Below, one piece after another: positions 1-11,530 of a DNA stretch of 64,000 bases. Within the stretch, counting starts at the first letter, position 1. Every line of letters begins with the position of its first letter. The notes under the pieces were generated by a model. It was not told where the DNA came from and did not search any database. It was given only the letters and a program-made list of their open reading frames with translations. Source of the stretch: Antedon mediterranea (taxonomy: Eukaryota; Animalia; Echinodermata). Where the stretch lies: assembly GCF_964355755.1 (NCBI RefSeq), contig NC_092672.1, positions 23,573,237-23,637,236 of the forward strand, written 5' to 3'. A program made the translations under genes and the position numbers.

Positions 1-94
1 TTTTCTCAACTTTCGTAAGAGACGTAGGAAACGTATGAAACGCAAGAATCGTTGCAAAATTCGACTTCTTACTTCGACAGGAAACCAGCCTTAA

Positions 95-273
95 AGCGTG
101 GTTCCCACTAGCGACGCAACACAAGGACGTAACGCAACGCAAGTGAATTGACCAATCACAAGCGATGGCTTATTCGCTTGTGATTGCTAACTGTCTATAA
201 CTTCGCTTGTTATTGGTTAAAACGCTTGCGTTGCATTTACGTCCTTGCGTTACGTTCTAGTGGGAACCAAGCT
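95..273. mobile_element. ~180-bp palindromic MITE with AG...CT termini (Kolobok-like, TTAA-type target)
   Basis: TIR AGCGTGGTTCCCACTAG / CTAGTGGGAACCAAGCT plus internal inverted GGACGTAA..GCAACGCAAG blocks; flanked by TTAA (91-94) and TTAC. Confidence 0.6.
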
Positions 274-830
274 TTACAGCGATGGATCATTTTAATAGCT
301 GCGCCACGGCGAACTAGCCGGCCTACATGCCTAATAATACTAGTAGGCCTACCAGCTAGATGTGACCATTGGGCCTATTTATTTCGTAATTAAAAAAGTC
401 GTTGCTTCATTCATATATAAACTTTATGAATTATAATTACATGACTAGTTTTAATTTTTATGATTTTTCAAGTACAAAATAAAAGATTTCATATAACGCA
501 TTGATACTGTACATAACATCATGCAGCAATCATATACAAGTTGATTTGTTGACAGCAGCCGCCGTGCGGAATAATTACAGCTTGCACTAGTGCCACAGAC
601 CGCGCACCACATTACCCGAGAGTCGGAGTGTTAACTAGGGATGTACTGTGTAGCCAAAGATATCTTTGCTGTGGCCTAGTTAGTCGCCGTGCGGGGGAGA
701 GAGCGATGGATGCGATAGGCATGTAGGCCGGCTAGTTCGCCGTGGCGCGCGCAGCTATTAAAATGATCCATCGCTGTAAAGCTTGGTTCCCACTAGAACG
801 TAAAGCTAGGACGTAAACGCAACGCAAGCG
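223..830. repeat. Inverted duplication: 223-333 is repeated in reverse complement at 716-830; a second pair at ~670-710 / ~996-1037
   Basis: CAGCGATGGATCATTTTAATAGCTGCGC..ACGGCGAACTAGCCGGCCTACATGCCTA occurs in both orientations. Confidence 0.8.
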
Positions 831-2329
831 AAAAAAAAAAAACCAGAACTGTTCGGGAGAAGTCCGTGTCGCAACGCTACGCTATTCATTTTCGTACATT
901 TCTTGAAATACGCAAGCTGATTCTTATCAATATCATAATAATTATTTTAACGCGTGGCGGAATTATTAATTCATGTATGGCCTAGGCCAAGTTTCATCCA
1001 TCGCTCTCTCCCCCGCGCGACGACTAACTAGGCCACAATTTATTCAATTCAATATTAAAGTTAAGAACTATAAATACCAACCTTTTGTATATAAAAATAT
1101 TGATCATCCATTAGATTTTTCTCGTTTGATTCACATAGAAAAGATTATAGGCCTACATGTACTTCATTATTTTGTACTCTAGCTAGGCATAGGCCTAAGG
1201 GCCTTAGCTAGGCCTACAATCTGAAATAAAGAAAGCAAGTAAGAAGTTTAACAAATAGCCGTCCTATGCTAGCATAAGTTTGTATACTATTAAAGCCCCA
1301 TTCCCTACGTTTTTTAGATCTAATTTAAGATCACAAACTATATTTAATGTAAAAATAATACTATATGGTCCTATTGCGATAACTTTTTTCGTCTTTAAAC
1401 GGTTAAAAATGTGAAAAATAAGTCGATTTTAATAATTATAGCGGCCCGCTATAAATCCCAAAATGCATTGCGCGCGGATTGATATTTTTGTTTTTCACCT
1501 GTAATTCGCCCACTTTTCGATCGATCGTGAGGCCAAAACAAATGGAAGACTCCTAACTTTTCAGCGAAAATACCGGGTTTTCCCCAATTTGTATCAACGG
1601 AGTCTGGCAAAAATAGAAAGACAATTAATGCAGCAACTATACAACGTCAGGCTAGGTATATAGCTAGCGTACGATGTTCGTACGTTACTGATGTTTACCA
1701 GCTAGGCGGTCCGCCTAAAAACCGGAAAAAACCAAAAAACACCGGAAAAAACCAAAAAATACCGGAAAAAAACAAAAAAATACCAAAAGAAACCGGAAAA
1801 TACAAAAAAAAAATGACTATTTACCGGAAAAAACAACAGATAGGCTAGTAACAAATACATTAAATGTGATTTTTGTGTCAAAGTCGATCGTCAAACGCCA
1901 CAAGTAAACATCTTTGTATAGAGGGCGCAGTCAGATTATGGTTAAAATAATAATAAAATATAGGCGGCCATTCTTGCTGTAGTTAATCGAGGTCTAAAAA
2001 AATTAATATTTACAATACTGTAATATTATTATTAATTTTAATCAATATATTTTTTTTGTAGGCACGTACGCACCAAGTCACCCCTTTTGGCCAATTTATC
2101 CCATTACACTATTTTCATAAATTATAAAAAAAAAACACCGCATTATCTGTTTCAGAACTTTTAAATTGTCCATTTATTTGGCACAGATCATTCCAATCCA
2201 AAATACTTGTTCATGCTTATTTTTCATGATAACATTAATATTATATACTGTACTGTATAAATAAATATAAATAAATTGATATAATTATATCTATATAAAC
2301 ACAACAGACAAAGAACATTTATTTTAAAC

Positions 2330-2540
2330 CGCCCGGTGATATACTTAAATTTAATTAATTAATTAATTTGACACGATAAGATGAGGACATCTGTGATAAT
2401 GAAAAAAAAAAGATTCGAACCCGGAACCTTCTGCTTCATATGCAGATGTCCTGAACATTCGAGCACTGGGGCTTTCATGTTCAAACTGGATAGCGACTTT
2501 TTAACACTCTGGGCCTGGTACGGCGGAACAGCACTCCCTC
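2330..2540 (-). repeat. tRNA-derived repeat (SINE-like), minus copy
   Basis: Revcomp contains GACATCTGCATATGAAGCAGAAGGTTCCGGGTTCGAATC (anticodon-like stem TCTGC/GCAGA, B box GGTTCGAATC); homologous to 11335-11530. Confidence 0.7.
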
Positions 2541-3196
2541 AATTTATATATAATTGATTATAGGCTAATTATAATTATTAACGTTTAGACCGTAAGTATA
2601 CTGTACTTTCTACAATAACCAACAATAAATGATACAAAATAACAGTAACAACAAAGATCGTGCCAACTCTCAGCACTAACATTTCTACAAATTAATCAAA
2701 TTCAAGAAAATCAAATAATTATGTTTAACACTACAGTAAGGCCTACAACTAATACTATTAGTATACTAATACAGATTGTATCAATATCAATGAAAAAAAT
2801 TGTAAAAGGTATACAGTAAGAACGCGCCAATATTTTAGATTTTTAAATTAAAATTGTAAAGTTGTGTTGCTTTTTTCATATACAATGAAGTTGAAACATA
2901 ATAACACTAAAAATAACTACAGTGATTAATAACATTAATTAATTTGTTTATATACTTGTATTGTTATTTAAATATTAAAACGTGTTCAGTATTATAATTA
3001 GTTTAGACCGTGTAGGACCACCTATAGAATATCATATCATCACATTATCGTTACATTGTATCTATAGTACATTATTATCGGCAGTACAGTTTAACTGATC
3101 TCCTATGGTATTTAAATCAAGAAAAGAATAGTTATTTATAATATATAAAATAGGCCTATGGTTATATAACTAAATAAATCATTGCCTTCCTTTTTA

Positions 3197-3508
3197 CTGT
3201 TAAATTGAAGAAATTCCTATCCTAGGGACATGAAGCAGATACGAAATATAAAGTAAGGAATATCATGGAACAAAGAAAAGGGACATTCGGGAAAAAATAC
3301 AGAAGACAAACAATGCGTAGAACACCCGAAATTTATTGCACCGAGATGGGTTATGAGAGACCTTTCTAGATTTCTTAAAGGGAAGATAAGAGAGATTTTG
3401 AGTCTAAAGTGCATCTGACCGATGATGTAATTAAATGAATTAAAATTAAGATTAATAAAAGCGATTATTAATTTGGAATAAAAGCAATAGCGAAAATGAC
3501 AGAGAATT
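3197..3508 (+). repeat. Inverted, internally deleted copy of the transposase coding sequence in the putative 3' UTR
   Basis: 3219-3307 matches revcomp 4690-4778; 3312-3433 matches revcomp 4305-4469; 3485-3508 is the exact 24-nt revcomp of 4103-4126. Confidence 0.9.
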
Positions 3509-3555
3509 ATGCACAAAATAATATAATATGTAAATGGTAAGGCTGTAATCAAATA

Positions 3556-5657
3556 CTAATTACTCTTTCCGATTTTCGAACGAGTCTTGCTTGATCGCGG
3601 TCGTTTTCTTTGGCCTGGTTTTTTTGCTGTTCCAGATGATTTTTTTTTAATTTTCAATTTTCCGTCAGTGGATGATATTGAAGTTTTTGAAATGTTTGCG
3701 TTTAGTTGAACTCTCATGAACTTGGAGTATAGGCGATTTCTTTCGTCATCTTGTTTCCCAGCCCATATCGCATGCGCTACCACGATTTTTTTATCTACAA
3801 TATAATAATTCCCCTGTCCGTGTAGTGCTTGTCGAACATCAGCGTACTGCAGCTGTACAACTTTGTGCAGGATGTCAACAAGTTCCGGTAGTTTTTTTGG
3901 TTGCCAATTAATTGCCAATTTCAATATGTGATTAATACTTTCACAATTATTGTTTGTCCATTTTTTTGGAATTACCGTTTCTTTTCGGCGCGGAGAGAAC
4001 ACTTTTTCTTTTATAGTGGGTAGAAGTGTATTTCTAAAATGGTTTAAGAAACCAGGGGCTAATTGGTTTAAGTAGATTTCTATATCTAGGGCTTTCGCCT
4101 CAAATTCTCTGTCATTTTCGCTATTGAGTAATTCTCCGCAAATCATATTCACTATCCTATTTCGTTGTTCTTTGCTAACCCCTTCTTTGTCCCTCAGGAA
4201 TTGTATGATGTTTTCTTTTATATGCCGTGTGCATAATATGTGATGGGACGAAGGAAAACAAAACTTTATTGCCTTTACCAGCGCTTTCTCTTGGTCAGAA
4301 CCAATAATTATGTCATCGGCCAGATGCACTTCAGACTCAAAATCTCTTGAATTTAACTTCCCTTTTAGATGCACAAAGAAATCTAGAAAGGTCTCATATA
4401 ACCCATCCCAGTGCAAGAACATTGGTCCAATAAATATCGGGTGTTCATTAGTGGTTGTTCGACGCATTAACCGGTGTTTGAATACAGTTAAGGTTAGAAA
4501 ACAACCACCCAGGTTGAAAGTCCGGTCTACTCCAACAATAGATTTTTCTACCGGCCCACAACAAAATCTCTTCATGTCACTTATTTGATCTTCTGTATAA
4601 AGAACTACACTTGGTGGTTTGTCACCTACAGCGTATACTTTCTTGACAAATTCATTGTCAGTAAGCTTCGTCAAGATCGTTTGTATTTCGTCTGCTGTAT
4701 TCTGTCCTGCATGATGTCCCTTTTCTTTCCTTTTCATACTATATTTTATATTTCGTATCTGTTTCATGTCTCTAGGATTAGCGTTGCCTTCATTTAACAA
4801 GAGATCAGTATAAACGTCTCTTGGGGCTTGCGTGGCAGAAAGTCTATGTTTTGCTGCCATCATTGTACTTTTTGCGGTTCTTATATATTCGGTTCCGGGT
4901 GTATTTCTGTTTCCGTGACTTCTCTTTGTTTTAGGAAATTTGCCTAGGTATTCCACCAACGCTAGATTTGTTGACTCGTCGGGAAAAGATTTATCTATCC
5001 ACGTGACCCTTTTTCGGAAAGAAGGGTCACGTTTAAGAGTCATGTAACATCGGCACACTAACATTATGTTTTCAGGTTGTGGGTTCATTGGTGTCCAGGC
5101 ACCTTTTACCTTTGTACAGTACACACCATCCCGTTTAACCACAGTTATCATAACGCCATTCATCATAGCAATTATTGTTCGAGGTGTTGTAGTTTGAGAT
5201 GAATGCCAAGTACCACAGTCATCGTAAAAAATACTGCGTTTACCATCTGCCCTGAGTGCGAAGTTTTCTCCATTGTCTACAACAAATGCAACGTTTTCTT
5301 TTATGCCACAAGGAACCTCATTGACAACTTCACTAATTGGGGTGTGTACCAAAATTTGTCTCACGCGACTGATTCCAAGAAATCTACCTGTCAATTTGAT
5401 ACCCTGTCCTTGAAGCGACTCTAAGTCCGAGGATACCGAGGGTGGATGTGATCTGTAGAATGTATTCCTCCGTTTGAAATCTTCAATCGACTCTGGGTCA
5501 GAGGATGATACCGTCCTACATGGTTCAGCATCCATTGATGTGGGAATTTTGGACCATTTTTGTTCATCCTTCCAGTAAAATTCTGGCACTGAATCTAGGT
5601 CAGATGATGAACATACATCTTCATTTTTATGTTGTTTTGCATTAGACGATGGTACAC
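3556..5657 (-). CDS. Terminal exon: Mutator/MULE-family DDE transposase
   Basis: GVDRTFN (D1, ~4526), IGSDQEKALVKAI (D2, ~4295), LCTRH (CxxH, ~4222-4233), WTNNNCESINHILK (E, ~3941); basic NLS-like tail KKPGQRKRPRSSK; no SWIM finger seen. Confidence 0.92.
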
Positions 5658-8463
5658 CTATTATAATAAAAGAAATGGATTAAACAAGTTCAAAGATTTC
5701 GTCAATTGTTTGAGATTTGCTACTTTTTATTAATTAATTTAGGCAGGCGTCATCTTTTTTTGCAAAACATTTTATAATCTTAATGGGTGAAAAATTGTAA
5801 ACAAAATGTCGAGAAATAAGTAGCCGTCTGTTTCTGTATTTTTGTTTTGATCTATTTTTCTTTTGCCGTATTATTGTGGGTTTTTTAAATTTCCGTCTGC
5901 AGCGTTGGTTCGGCTGATTATTTAGTTTTTATTAAAAGATGTGTTATTTAACATGTTTGACCTTACCTTTTGTTTGTTTATTTTTCTTGTACTTTGTTTT
6001 CCTGCTTTTCTCCTTTTCCGGCTTGTTTCCCGGTCTGTTTGGTGTCTGTGAATGCTGATCTTCAATCGACTCTGGGTCAGAGGACGATACGGCCCTTGGT
6101 GGTTCAGCATCCATTGATGTGGGAATTTCGGTCCATTTTGGTTCATCCTTCCAGTAAAATTCTGGCACTGAATCTATGTCAGATGATGAACATACATCTT
6201 CATTGTTAAGTTGTTTTGCATTAGACGATGGTACACCTATTGTACAAGAAATATAACTGTTACTAACGGTCGAGTTTATCATTGGAACATAACTTTGTTA
6301 CCACTTCTTATTTATTGCGTAAGATATGCGTTTAAAATGTATGCAAACATTTAATAATTTAGAGTATAAGTAAACAAGGTAGATAAAAGAGAAAAATATT
6401 TTGTAGGAAAAAGTAAGTCACCTTTCGTTTCTGCATTTTTTTGTTCTCTCTCCGTTTTCCGTTTTTCCTGCTTTGAATCCGTGTGCAGCGGTGCTTCGTC
6501 TGATTCCGATGAAATTATGATCGGGGACAACGACCCTGAATTACATAGAAAAAATAAGACCATACTTTTAATATAGTTGTAAATGGGCCGCTGTTTCACG
6601 ATTTTTTTGTGTGGTTTTGACCTTATACGAAATGTTTTTATGTCATCAAACGCTTTCAAAATTCAACGCAACTTAACGCAACTCGCCGTAACGTTACGTC
6701 GACAGGAAAACAAGCTTAACGCTTGTTAACAGTATGCGGTTTCTTACCTTTTGGTTGTTGATTTTGCTTGTAATTTGTTTTCTTGTCTTTCTCTTTTTCC
6801 AGCTTAGGCCTATTTGCATGAGGCAATGATTCGTAAGCTTCTGTTGGAATCGTTTTGCGGAATTTGGAACCTAAGAGAAACCCAAACAATCTAAATCAAT
6901 TAATTCTGAATTTTTACTTGTACATTATTTTGAAAATTTGTTCAAGTTTATATTTCAAATATTAATTTTTTTTACCCTTTCTTTGTTTTTGTTTTCTTTT
7001 TGTTTTGTTTTCTTTCGTCACATTTTTCGCTTTGAACGTCATGTCATCGGATTCTATTTCTGGCATGGAGGACAACGATTCTAAACAGACGAAAATAGCA
7101 AAAAATATATAAAAGCACTGGTAATTATGACAGTAATTATCTGTGTTCAGGGGCAACTGTTTTTGAATTAAACAAGTTAGGCCTAAATGGGTTTTGTGGA
7201 GTTAAATTGTTTACAGTATTATTTATGAAATTATGACATCAATACCTCATTGGCTTAATTATTCTTACCATCTAGCTTTTCATGCCCTTTGCGTTGTCTT
7301 GACTTGTCAATGCTTTCGTCTGATTCGGATGAGCTTATCGTAATTATGGGAGATGTTTTTAAACCTGATTTGAAATACAAAGAGCAAACCATTAGATGCC
7401 AGAAACTTAAAATAAAAAATTAACTTAATGAATAAAGTTGTTAAATTTAATATAATAGACCTAAAGTTATACCTTCAGATTTGTCTTGGCATTTCTTTAA
7501 ATTTATTTTAAGACCACTTCTGATCTTGCCTTTGTATTTTCTGTTTGCTGTCAAATGCGGAACATCCATTAGCGGCACAAAGTGATTGGGTGTCCAAATG
7601 TGTTTCTCTTCTTTCGGATCCAAGATTTGTGTGCTCGTCCACATGATAAAAATTGGCTGACTACCTGCCTTTTGTTTACACGGGTAAAAACTTCTATTCA
7701 GAATTCGATACACCTTGTCCATCATGCCATTCAATGGTGGGTATATTGAAACTATTTCGTGACCTATGACAGTGGCTAACGCTTGAATTTGCCATGAAGA
7801 CGAATATCCACTTTCACGACTACAATCCATACAAGCCGTGTCATAATCAGGGCTCACAATGCCGATTTTTGAGTACTGGTGCATCTCTATATAGAAATCT
7901 TTCTTCGAAACCATTTCAATAAATGTTCGGACGCGCAATTCAATAGATAGTGTGTCATCCCCGGTCAGCGCCATGGACACGGCATTGAAAAGGCAGCTTC
8001 CGTCACCAGAGACTGATATGGGTTTCAATTCTCTGACATTACCACATCTTCTCATTAGTGCCATTGACACTTCATCAATTTGAAAATTCCCAGTCAACTG
8101 AGATGTTAGAACATTAAAATGTGTATCTCTTAGCAAAAAATCTTCCATCTTGGCCACTTCCTTTATATCTACATCATTTCCAATTGCTGATGACATTCTG
8201 AATAGTGACTGAAAGTAGTCAAACGTTCCGTCGTATAAGCAACAACATTGTTTACAACTGTAAGCCAAACTAGTATTTGCGAGGTACTTAAGGCTTGCTT
8301 TGGTTACATTTTCACATTTTATATGAAACCATCGTTGACATAAATCGCAATAAATTGAATCGCCTGCACAACTGATGTTGCAAACGCCACACAGCCATTT
8401 CCTCCCGGCATTGCTGCAACTCTGACAAGACTTTCTGGATTTCTTTCTCCTTTTACTTTCCAT
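3556..8463 (-). CDS. Spliced PHD - OTU(vertnin-like) - SIM-like linker - MULE DDE transposase fusion, ~1266 aa; exons 8463-7473, 7364-7269, 7080-6976, 6870-6748, 6535-6422, 6236-5967, 5657-3556
   Basis: All six introns are GT-AG and phase 1. Internal exons are 96, 105, 123, 114 and 270 bp. The joined CDS of 3801 nt is open from the ATG at 8463 to the stop at 3556. An upstream exon is possible (acceptor-like TTTTACTGCAG near 8475). Confidence 0.8.
5480..6240 (-). repeat. Tandem exon duplication: 6240-6058 is a near-identical copy of 5661-5479, including the splice acceptor
   Basis: Both encode GVPSSNAKQ..NEDVCSSSD.DSVPEFYWKDE.KW..IPTSMDAEP.R.VSSSDPESIED. Confidence 0.92.
7473..8463 (-). CDS. 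First coding exon: C4HC3 PHD finger plus vertnin-like OTU cysteine protease domain
   Basis: WLCGVC..SIYCDLCQRWFHIKC..YSCKQC (PHD); ISVSGDGSCLFNAVSMAL (Cys ~7994), ELRVR, WQIQALATVIGHEIVSIYP, IFIMWT, WTPNHFVPL (His ~7583). Confidence 0.88.
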
Positions 8464-9199
8464 CACCTTATCTGCTGCAGTAAAAGGAACTAAAAGAAAT
8501 GTTTCTTGAACGGACTCAGTTTCAGGAAAGTCACTCAATCCAATGCTTTATGTCGGATCACCTAAAAAAAAAAGTTTGCCTGTAAGCGAAAAGTCTTCAA
8601 TTAACTATGGAATTGATAAAGTTCACGTTAGATTATTTGAATTTAAATTTCTAAATATAATTTTTAATTTTTTATTATATTGTTGAATAACCATAACGGA
8701 TCATTCGTCGTAATAACAAAAGTTAACATTTTGATATTGTTATTGTTATTTAGGCATATTATTAACAGAAAATTGAAACATGTCATAAAAAATTAATTGA
8801 ATCAAATGCCCAGTATTTGGTGCGGCATTAAAATATCATACTCATTGTTTAAAATAGGCCTAATTTATTTTCAGTTGGACAATTAGACCGTACCTTTACT
8901 ATAACTTACTAAGTCTACCTAATATCTGAAGACATTAAAAACAGCTTATTTATTCAATACTTCCAAACGACAATTACCAACTACAACTTTATTCTACTGA
9001 ATAAATAGGACAGGGGTAGTGACCTACTTTTTAAAACTATCCCACGTACAAATAATCTTACTCTTCACACATACCATAATAATTTTAATCGACGTTTGTC
9101 CTATAATTGAAATTGATTCAATTTCAATTTATTTCTATAATATAACATACATAATAATATAAAATAACATAATGTTAATTATTAATAAATAAAATTGCA

Positions 9200-9630
9200 T
9201 ATACATACAATGAAAGGTAGTTCAGTCATGTGGGGTGAGAGTCATATAAATCATAAATACTTGATATTAAATAGACAATTATAAAATCATATAACTCTTT
9301 AATTTTGATAATAATCAGACTTGACGACCTATATAGTTTGATATTTTATACTTTCGTTTCGCCCATCATCTAATTCACACAGCACGATTTTTCTTTAGCG
9401 TCTTTATTTTCGTTAAATTCAGAACAGTCAAAAGAAAAGGTATAAAGATCTATATCCAGTAATGCTTTCATTTTTTATCTTACATATTTCAAAGTGAATT
9501 GCTAATATAATAAAATCAATGGCCATAAATAGTTTATCAAATGCTGTTATAAATAATAAACTACACGCTCTCAGGGGAAAATCTTGCAATGCGCAAATGT
9601 AGTACGTTAGATTTTTATTGTGTGGAATTA
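9200..9630 (-). mobile_element. Possible degraded non-LTR retrotransposon 3' fragment inside the MULE
   Basis: Degenerate minus-strand peptide PHNKNLTYYICALQDFPLRAC followed by an AT-rich tail; resembles LINE ORF2 C-termini. Confidence 0.3.
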
Positions 9631-10654
9631 ATAATTATTATTCATCATAGGGAATTATGTTTATATCAATTTAGATAAGATAAAGTATATTTAAAGCAAT
9701 TACACGTTTTACATAAAAAAACGAAAAATCCTGTAAATGCGTACCTATAAATATATTGTTATTAAGTGAAATTAATTTTATTCGTCACATAACTATGTCT
9801 CAATTTAGACACGATTACGTAGAAAAAAAAACAATCCCAAAACAACTGGAGATCTTCGATCAATTTAAAATGAATGTTTTTCTTCGTTTGTGTTTGCGTA
9901 ATTAGGCCTAATTCAATTGCATTCAATCTAGCAAAAAAGGCATGGACCTTGCACAAGAAAAAAGGCATTATCCTTCCGATGCGATCCGAGTCCCTTAACA
10001 AAATTAAAAATCAGTACGACACAAAAATGAAATATAAGCAATGTGGGTTTCATTGATCCTCTTAGTGGAAGATAATCGCAAACAAAATATAAGTATACAC
10101 ATCGTAATTCAGGTAATTTTAGTTGAAAGCCAAAATTGTATTATTCAATTATTTCAATTCAGTTTATATAACTTAACTATATAAGAAAAAATAAATTGGC
10201 CTACAGCACTACTTACTTAGATGTATTCTTTAATTGCTGGAATTTCAAACTGGTAGCAAACAAACTTCTCAATTATTTTATTTAGTTTATATCGACTTTT
10301 TCATCAATGCATGGTGTATGAAGACAATTTCTTTTACACATTTTTAATAACTTAATCTGTATTTATAGACATTTAGCAAAAAGAAATTACGGTTGCTAAC
10401 CAATCAAAATGTAGGAAAGAGATTCTGATGTACGTACCAATCAATCAAACAAACAAAAAACAGTGTTGATTATTTTCATTAACCTGTAACTTTTTGTAGG
10501 CCATTATCCGTTCTTTAGCCTATATTTACATTCCTCGTGGTTTATGCAATGTCCTTTGTTGCCCCGACTTCCTTTCCCTTGAAATCCACATCCTCTAATC
10601 CATCATATTTTAACATTCCTAAAGAATGACACTTGAGGCCTCCTTCCCTCAAAT

Positions 10655-10688
10655 CATAGACATGTTATATAGTGAACTATGTCGCTTG
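10655..10688. mobile_element. 34-bp P-type micro-element or excision footprint
   Basis: CTCAAAT|CATAGACAT...ATGTCGCTTG|CTCAAAT (7-bp direct repeat, CA..TG termini). Confidence 0.5.
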
Positions 10689-11334
10689 CTCAAATCAAAA
10701 TGTATGAGATGAGAAGTTGATAATTTCTCGATGAAATTATTTCGTAATTCAATGTATTAATAAATGACTCAAATAATTAATTAATTTACAGCTTAATCAC
10801 AGCCTACATTCAGTAATTTTAACAGAATCGGACTCGCATCTTTATATTGTTGTTGTAGGCTCGTGCGAAAACCTTTGTCTGTATGTGTATTGATTGCATT
10901 TTGCTCTGTAATAATACATTTTATTAATTGTTGATTAGGTTACAAAAAGAATTGAAGTGAATGAAATTAAATTTACCATAAAGATAGAAAGGATGAAGGA
11001 GGCAAGGTGTTCAGGCGATCGCATCCGTATTTGAAACAAAAGGATATTCAACCAGTTTGAATCACTGATTGACTATATTAATTACTATTTTTATTTAAAC
11101 GTAAACTGGCGTCGTATAAATGAAATTATGATTGGGCCCTTTTCTTTATACTAAGTATCCCACCAAGTACGACTTGTTTAAGTATTATTTTGGCCTATTG
11201 TATATTGTGTGGGTTATGATCCTAATTAAGTACAGAAATGTAATTTTGTAACAAAAATACAATAATGTAACACAGGCCAGATAAACCTACTTTAATTACA
11301 CTGTGGTATCTGGTGCGCGTGTAATCGATGGACT

Positions 11335-11530
11335 TGTACTGTTCCATCGTACCACTCCGAGAGTGTTCAAGAGTCGCTATCAAATCGGATCTTAACTATA
11401 CCATGTAAGCCCCGGGTAATGGTTACGACATCTGCATATCAAGCAGAAGGTTCCGGGTTCGAATCTCATTCTCACAGATTCCTCTCTTATCGTTTCAAAT
11501 TAATTAATACATTTTCAGTATACACCAGGC
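11335..11530 (+). repeat. tRNA-derived repeat (SINE-like), plus copy; a partial minus copy lies at 11712-11790
   Basis: GCCCCGGGTAATGGTTACGACATCTGCATATCAAGCAGAAGGTTCCGGGTTCGAATC carries A-box-like and B-box motifs; reverse complement of 2330-2540. Confidence 0.7.

Noticed and set aside
3217-3552. 111-aa minus-strand ORF as a second MULE gene (mudrB-like)
   Set aside because: It is the antisense reading of the inverted CDS patchwork, has a non-ATG start and shows no recognisable domain
4310-5424. Plus-strand ORFs 4310-4588, 4585-4797 and 5203-5424
   Set aside because: Shadow ORFs antisense to the transposase
8464-8538. ORF-track start at 8538
   Set aside because: The codon is TTG, with an in-frame stop just upstream (8550-8548); the first ATG is 8463 and the segment looks like a polypyrimidine acceptor tract
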